Positions 59,058 through 64,000 of a DNA stretch of 64,000 nt are shown here, piece after piece (the first letter of the stretch is position 1; each line of letters starts with the position of its first letter). The notes under the pieces were generated by a model. The model did not search any database. It was not told the origin of the DNA and saw nothing but the letters and a program-made list of their open reading frames with translations. A program made the translations under genes and the position numbers. This DNA comes from Kiloniellaceae bacterium (lineage in GTDB: Bacteria > Pseudomonadota > Alphaproteobacteria > Kiloniellales > J153), in assembly GCA_021776055.1 (NCBI GenBank), contig JAJFGP010000088.1, forward strand, positions 4,642 through 68,641. Direction: 5' to 3'.

Positions 59058-59624
59058 TCAAGCAAAGCTCATCTTAAGCGCGGCGTACGCTTGATTGATG
59101 GTTTTGAGCCGTTCTTCCGCCTCCGGATCGCCGCCGTTGGCATCCGGGTGCAACTTCTTGACCAGGTCTTTATAGCGGGCCTTCACGTCCTGGAAGGTCA
59201 CCGGTTCCCTCAGCTCGAAGGCGGCCAGCGCCTTTTCTTCCTCGGTACGCGGCTTCTCGGGTTTGGACGTGCTGGTACTTTCGCTTTCCCAGAAAGAGCC
59301 GAAGCCATCGTGGACCCGGTGCCCCGCGTTGAAGCTGGCGTGCTCGCCGAAGTGCCCAAGCGGCCAGCTGGGCCGTTGCCAGACCGTATCGGAGCGGCGC
59401 TGGTATTCGATCTCCGCCTCGCTCAGGCCAGCGAAATAGTCCCATGCCCGGTTGTAGGCGCGCACGTGCTCCAAGCAGAACCACACGTAGTCGCTCAGCC
59501 GGTCCCGCGCCGCCGGGGCACGGAAGGCACCCTCTTCGGCGCAGCCGGCCTGTTCGCACTGGCGTGGCGCCGGTTTCGGCTGCGCAAAGGGCTTGTTGAT
59601 CGCATCTGGTGTCGGACGTCGCAT
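59058..59624 (-). CDS. J-domain protein
   Basis: C-terminal FQDVKARYKDLVKKLHPDANGGDPEAEERLKTINQAYAALK (HPD motif); N-terminal Cys-containing region. Confidence 0.8.
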   Translation of the reverse strand: MRRPTPDAINKPFAQPKPAPRQCEQAGCAEEGAFRAPAARDRLSDYVWFCLEHVRAYNRAWDYFAGLSEAEIEYQRRSDTVWQRPSWPLGHFGEHASFNAGHRVHDGFGSFWESESTSTSKPEKPRTEEEKALAAFELREPVTFQDVKARYKDLVKKLHPDANGGDPEAEERLKTINQAYAALKMSFA

Positions 59625-59760
59625 GAGTCGAAGTATGAATACCGTGGTTTCGCAAAACAAGCCGGCCCGTGCGGGAATCGCAAGTCAGGCAGCATCGGGC
59701 ACTAGCGCCCGGCCGTCGATTGTCTCGCCTGAGCGGTTATCGGATCCCTAACGGCCAGTT

Positions 59761-60084
59761 TTAAGCATTATCGTGCTTGCCGCCGCCAAGGCAGGCGGGC
59801 GAATCGAAGGTCTGGCCACCCTGCGCTGCCCATTCATCGGCGGTATGCGTGCGCAGCGAGAGGGCATGGATGCGGGATGACAGCTCGTCGCGCAGGACCT
59901 CGTTGACCGCCTGGTGGCGGCGTACCCGCGGCATGCCGGTGAAGTGCTCCGAGACCACGATGACCTTGAAGTGGGACTCCGATCCCGGTGGCACATTGTG
60001 CATGTGACTTTCATTGACGACCTGCAGGTGGCTGGGCGCCAGCGAGGTCTGTAGCTTAGCCTCGATGTCTGCTTGTACGCTCAT
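59761..60084 (-). CDS. bolA: BolA family protein
   Basis: LQVVNESHMHNVPPGSESHFKVIVVSEHFTGMPRVRRHQAVNEVL. Confidence 0.85.
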   Translation of the reverse strand: MSVQADIEAKLQTSLAPSHLQVVNESHMHNVPPGSESHFKVIVVSEHFTGMPRVRRHQAVNEVLRDELSSRIHALSLRTHTADEWAAQGGQTFDSPACLGGGKHDNA

Positions 60085-60306
60085 AGCGCTCTGGTCCCTC
60101 GATTACTATTCCGCGGCCCTCGCTGCCATAGTGTAGGCGGCCAGCGGGCAAAGGTGAATGGCCTTACGGGATACGGCACGCTAAAGAATGCACGTATTAG
60201 TAGTAAAATGTATTTATATATAACTTTCGGTTGCGAATTCGGATCATTCTGACTACCATAGCGCGTATTCAAGGATTAGAATTGCTCGTAAAAAGAGAGG
60301 TTCGAA

Positions 60307-60708
60307 ATGATATTCGGTAATCCTTCCAAGGGCGACGGGCTAGATCGGGATCAAGACGACGGGCAGGCTCCAAAGGGCGCCAGCACCCTGGTCAATCGGA
60401 ACGTCTTTGTCGGTGCCCGGCGCACCAGCCTGCGGCTGGAGCCGGCCATGTGGGATGCCCTGGCGGAGATCTGCCGGCGCGAGGATATGACATTGCATCA
60501 GGTCTGTGCCTTAATCGACGAGCGCCGCCGTGCCTCCAGCCTGACCGCGGCCATCCGGGTTTTCATCGTCAACTATTTCCGCTCCGCCGCGACCGAGGAA
60601 GGACATGCCAGCATCGGCCACGGTGCGCTCTATGGCGCCCGTATGCGCGCCCGGGACGCGGCGGCCGTGCGCCGCGCCGTGCGGGCGCAAGCCGGACCTC
60701 AGCTCTAA
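60307..60708 (+). CDS. ribbon-helix-helix domain protein (RHH_4-like)
   Basis: RRTSLRLEPAMWDALAEICRREDMTLHQVCALIDERRRASSLTAAIRVFIVNYF; AT-rich upstream region. Confidence 0.7.
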   Translation: MIFGNPSKGDGLDRDQDDGQAPKGASTLVNRNVFVGARRTSLRLEPAMWDALAEICRREDMTLHQVCALIDERRRASSLTAAIRVFIVNYFRSAATEEGHASIGHGALYGARMRARDAAAVRRAVRAQAGPQL

Positions 60709-61259
60709 CTCTTTGGGCCGGTGTAAAAATCCGGCCAGCGCTTCTGCACCACCTCGCCATCGCTGGCAAAGGCATGGCAGGTGTCGATCAAGGGTGGCTT
60801 GCCTAGGCGAGTGTCCTTTTCGTGCTTGTCCTTCAGGGCCGGATAGAGGGTTTGGAAGGCCACCGTGGCCATGGCACCCAGGGCCTCGACTAGATGGGTG
60901 CATCCCTCGACTCCGCCCATGCGCTCGCGCACGGCGCGGCGCCAGCCGGCGCCCATGCGCACACCGACCATCTTTTGAAAGTTAGGAGTGATCTGCGGGC
61001 AGACTGCAAACGGGCTGCCGTCAGTCACCGCCTCGATGCCATGCACGACAAAGTCGTCGTCCAGGGTCACCCGTAGCCACATGTCGTGCAACGGCTCGCC
61101 CGCCCCGATCTCGCCGCGATAGGCGTTGGGGAAGCTATAGGTTTTGACATCGGTTAGATGCCCCTCGATATCCCAAAGCCCATCGCCACGGCGGAAGCCA
61201 CGAAACTCAAGCTGCCGCGTATGCAAATGCTCGCGCGCGACCGGTGTGGAAAGAGGCAT
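60705..61259 (-). CDS. DUF2889-like protein
   Basis: HTRQLEFRGFRRGDGLWDIEGHLTDVK...HDMWLRVTLDDDFVVHGIEAVTDGSPF..CP...GCTHL. Confidence 0.65.
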   Translation of the reverse strand: MPLSTPVAREHLHTRQLEFRGFRRGDGLWDIEGHLTDVKTYSFPNAYRGEIGAGEPLHDMWLRVTLDDDFVVHGIEAVTDGSPFAVCPQITPNFQKMVGVRMGAGWRRAVRERMGGVEGCTHLVEALGAMATVAFQTLYPALKDKHEKDTRLGKPPLIDTCHAFASDGEVVQKRWPDFYTGPKS

Positions 61260-61345
61260 GGCATCCTATAGGGTTGTTGCAGAGAGATTTCGGCCGGCAC
61301 TATAGATGTGCAGGGCGCGCGGTCAACGGGGCGGGGGCGTGCGCT

Positions 61346-62200
61346 CTAAGAGCTCTCGGCCAAGTTTTCCCCGACTAGGTGGCATAGGGCTTGGTGCGCG
61401 TGGGACGGTTTATGATCGATGCGCCAGGTCAGGTGCGTTTCCACGCTGGCGTAGGGCGCCGGCAGCGCGGTCAGGTTCAGTGAGCCCACTCCATGATAGG
61501 TTCGAATGGCGCTTTCCGGGGCGATGGCGAAGCCCATGCCGGCCTCGACGCATCCCAGAATACCTTCGAATGTGCCCATCTCGATGATTTCGGTATCGCT
61601 CTTGCCGTCGCTGCGCAGCCACGATTCCGCTGTTGCCCGGTAGCTGCAACCTGACCGGAACGCCAGGAGCGGACCGGTTTGGTTATTCGCTGCTGAACGC
61701 GCGAGGACCAAATGTTCGCGGAAAGCCGGAACACTGTGAAACCGGTTTTCGTCGATGGGGCTCGCGACAAAGGCAGTGTCTATCTTCCTGTTCCACAGAA
61801 GCGACAACAACTCGCCGGTCGGGCCGGTGCGCAGCGATATCGGGGCCGTGGGGCATAGCTGCTTCAGTGCTTTCAGTATCGAGGGCAATCGGGCGGCGGC
61901 TGTCGTTTCCATAGCGCCGAGCCGCAAGGGTGCCGATATCCCGGCGGCGTCCAGTAGATCGCGTTCGGCGGCATCAAATCGGGGAAGAAGGTCTTCCGCG
62001 TGTTGGCGCAGCAATTGACCGAACTCGGTGATTCGCGCTCCGCCACGCCCGCGCTCGAAGACCGGCTGTCCAAGGTGAGCCTCCAGACGCCGTATCCGAG
62101 ACGTGATGTTGGATTGGACGCAGTGCATCTCTTGCGCCGAGGCGGAGAAGCTCTCGGTCTCGGCGACTGACAAGAAGGTCCTAAGGAGGAGAATATCCAT
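61346..62200 (-). CDS. LysR family transcriptional regulator
   Basis: N-terminal wHTH MDILLLRTFLSVAETESFSASAQEMHCVQSNITSRIRRLE; divergent from the NMO gene. Confidence 0.9.
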   Translation of the reverse strand: MDILLLRTFLSVAETESFSASAQEMHCVQSNITSRIRRLEAHLGQPVFERGRGGARITEFGQLLRQHAEDLLPRFDAAERDLLDAAGISAPLRLGAMETTAAARLPSILKALKQLCPTAPISLRTGPTGELLSLLWNRKIDTAFVASPIDENRFHSVPAFREHLVLARSAANNQTGPLLAFRSGCSYRATAESWLRSDGKSDTEIIEMGTFEGILGCVEAGMGFAIAPESAIRTYHGVGSLNLTALPAPYASVETHLTWRIDHKPSHAHQALCHLVGENLAESS

Positions 62201-62274
62201 ATATCAAAAATAGAGATAGAAAAACATTGTATCAATCATTTTTCTTCGCTCCTGAGATCTGTGAGAGTGATCCT

Positions 62275-63264
62275 ATGAAACAGATCATCAGAACGCGCTT
62301 CACCGAGCGCTTCGGCATTGCCCACCCTGTCGTGCTCGCCCCGATGGATAAGGTCGCTGGGGGCAGGCTTGCGGCCGCGGTGTCCGGTGCCGGCGGCTTG
62401 GGCCTGATCGGTGGCGGTTATGGCGACGCCGATTGGTTGCAGCAAGCCTTTGCGGAGGCGGGCAATCAGCGGGTCGGCGCCGGGTTCATCACCTGGAGTT
62501 TGATGCGGCAACCGGCATTGCTCGATCTCACGCTCGCGCACCAGCCGGCCGCCTTCATGGTGTCGTTCGGCGATGGCGAAGCGGCGGTCGCCGCGGCGAA
62601 GGCAGCCGGTGTGCCGACGATGTGGCAAGTGCAACGGCTGACGCATGCCGAACAAGCTCTTGCGGCCGGCGTGGATGTTGTCGTGGTTCAGGGGCAGGAA
62701 GGCGGCGGCCACGGCATGGACCGCGGCTTGAGTGCACTTCTGCCCGCCGTACGCGATCTTGCCGGTCCGGACCAGATCATTCTTGCGGCCGGCGGTATTG
62801 CGGATGGGCGCGGCTTGGCCGCGACACTGATGCTCGGCGGCGACGGCGTGATGATGGGCACGCGCTTTTGGGCAAGCGCGGAAGCTGCGGGCTCGGACAC
62901 GGCAAAGGCAGCGCTGGTGGCTACCGGGGGTGATCAAACGGCGCGCTCCAAGGTGTTTGACGTCGCCCGTGGGGTCGATTGGCCACGGCATTTCACCGGT
63001 CGCGTCGTCACCAATGATTTCGCTCGTCAGTGGCGTGATGATATCGAGGGCCTCGAGCGCGAGGCGGAGACGGAACGGGCTCGGTACAACGCGTCCGATC
63101 CGGACGATCTTTCGATCCGCGTGCTCATCGCCGGAGAATCGCTCGATCTCGTTTCGAGCATTGAACCGGCCGGCGACATTCTGCGTCGCACGGTTCGCGA
63201 CGCGGCGGGATTGCTGCACAATGCGGACAGCTATTTGGTTGAAAAACCCGAAGGGGCAGGGTGA
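62275..63264 (+). CDS. nitronate monooxygenase (NMO / 2-nitropropane dioxygenase family)
   Basis: FGIAHPVVLAPMDKVAGGRLAAAVSGAGGLGLIGGG...VVVQGQEGGGH...AAGGIADGRG. Confidence 0.85.
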   Translation: MKQIIRTRFTERFGIAHPVVLAPMDKVAGGRLAAAVSGAGGLGLIGGGYGDADWLQQAFAEAGNQRVGAGFITWSLMRQPALLDLTLAHQPAAFMVSFGDGEAAVAAAKAAGVPTMWQVQRLTHAEQALAAGVDVVVVQGQEGGGHGMDRGLSALLPAVRDLAGPDQIILAAGGIADGRGLAATLMLGGDGVMMGTRFWASAEAAGSDTAKAALVATGGDQTARSKVFDVARGVDWPRHFTGRVVTNDFARQWRDDIEGLEREAETERARYNASDPDDLSIRVLIAGESLDLVSSIEPAGDILRRTVRDAAGLLHNADSYLVEKPEGAG

Positions 63265-63866
63265 TGAAACTCTACTTCGCCAACACCTCTCCCTACGCGC
63301 GCAAAACGCGCATGGCCGTTATAGAAAAGGGGCTCTTGGATCGCGTCGAGATGATTTTCGCCAATCCCTTCGAGGAGAACCCGGAGTTGAAGGCGGCCAA
63401 TCCGCTTGGCAAGGTTCCAGCGCTCGTCACCGACGAAGGCCAAGCCATCTTCGACAGCCCCGTGATATGCGCGTATCTCGACAGCTTGTCGCCAGACCTG
63501 GCGTTGATTCCCAGCGATCACTGGCGGTGGGATGTGCTGGCCCGTGAGGCGCTGACCGATGGTATCTTGGATGCGGCGTTTGCGATCGTCATGGAGCGCC
63601 GGCGGCCGAACGAGCAACAATCACAGCATTGGTTTGAGCGGTGGACGACGGCGATCTTCCGGTCAGTCGATGCCATTGAAGCCGATATTGCCGGCTTCGA
63701 GGGTGACCTCGACATCGCTCAAATCGGCCTTGGCGCCGCCCTGGGCTATGTCGATTTCCGCCTGCCGGATATCGACTGGCGCGTGGGGCGTCCGATGGCG
63801 AAGGCATGGTTCGACGTTTTCTCACAACGAGCGTCAATGACCGAGACCGACCCCGAGAACAAATAA
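63261..63866 (+). CDS. glutathione S-transferase
   Basis: MKLYFANTSPYARKTRMAVIEKGL...NPLGKVPALV...IFDSPVICAYLD; ATGA overlap with the NMO gene. Confidence 0.85.
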   Translation: MMKLYFANTSPYARKTRMAVIEKGLLDRVEMIFANPFEENPELKAANPLGKVPALVTDEGQAIFDSPVICAYLDSLSPDLALIPSDHWRWDVLAREALTDGILDAAFAIVMERRRPNEQQSQHWFERWTTAIFRSVDAIEADIAGFEGDLDIAQIGLGAALGYVDFRLPDIDWRVGRPMAKAWFDVFSQRASMTETDPENK

Positions 63867-63908
63867 AGCGACAAGCACCGCCGGCGTCCGCATCAGCCCA
63901 GAATTCCA

Positions 63909-64000
63909 CTAGCTCACGCCTGCCACGATCACGACCGGGGGAATGCGCTTGGGCGGGGCGAAAACTACGGCAGAACCGTATTCCTGCTCAAAATCCGGCA
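63909..64000 (-). CDS. 3' end of an unidentified minus-strand CDS that continues beyond the window
   Basis: Open frame to the window edge ending ...PDFEQEYGSAVVFAPPKRIPPVVIVAGVS-TAG; too short to identify. Confidence 0.25.
   Translation of the reverse strand, partial: PDFEQEYGSAVVFAPPKRIPPVVIVAGVS

Noticed and set aside
60100-60306. AT-rich patch (aaatgtatttatatataac) between bolA and the RHH gene
   Set aside because: It contains no ORF, repeat or recognisable RNA motif. It is most simply a divergent promoter region with curved or AT-rich DNA.

Overview
This is a high-GC alphaproteobacterial chromosomal segment. The gene order looks Rhodospirillales-like, which is an inference from synteny and protein motifs; no database search was possible. 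Most of the window is densely packed housekeeping genes: ubiT-like/def/fmt/truA, dapE/dapD, argB, engB-yidC-yidD-rnpA-rpmH, ggt, fnrL, gpt, recX, argD-argF-hslO, murI, trkH, folE, apaG, a YnjBCD-like ABC importer, ctaA, groESL with a CIRCE operator, cobT and cobS, a J-domain gene, bolA, and tRNA-Arg(ACG) and tRNA-Gly(CCC). Because of the high GC content, many long ORFs in the track are antisense shadows of real genes and were rejected. Non-core content worth a second look: (1) a three-gene CHASE2 / SH3-like / M48-TPR envelope module on the opposite strand between cobS and cobT, with lower GC; (2) a Sec-signal peptide protein made almost entirely of [12 protein letters not shown] repeats (14 Cys), next to a TVP38 membrane protein, a CxxxxC flavoprotein disulfide reductase and an orphan histidine kinase, followed by a hairpin with a CCCUCCCUCUCCC loop; (3) a ~0.5 kb low-GC islet at the truA 3' end, bracketed by a 49-bp duplication of the truA terminus that differs only at synonymous sites; (4) a gene-free ~0.9 kb region downstream of gpt with four C(UUCG)G hairpins ending in an intrinsic terminator (candidate structured ncRNA), followed by a cluster of REP-like palindromes; (5) a cupin pseudogene (TGA at a conserved Trp) and a lower-GC thermonuclease next to tRNA-Gly. 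No CRISPR array, IS element, integrase or obvious defence system was seen. All functional calls rest on motifs I recognise in the translated ORFs and should be confirmed by homology searches.
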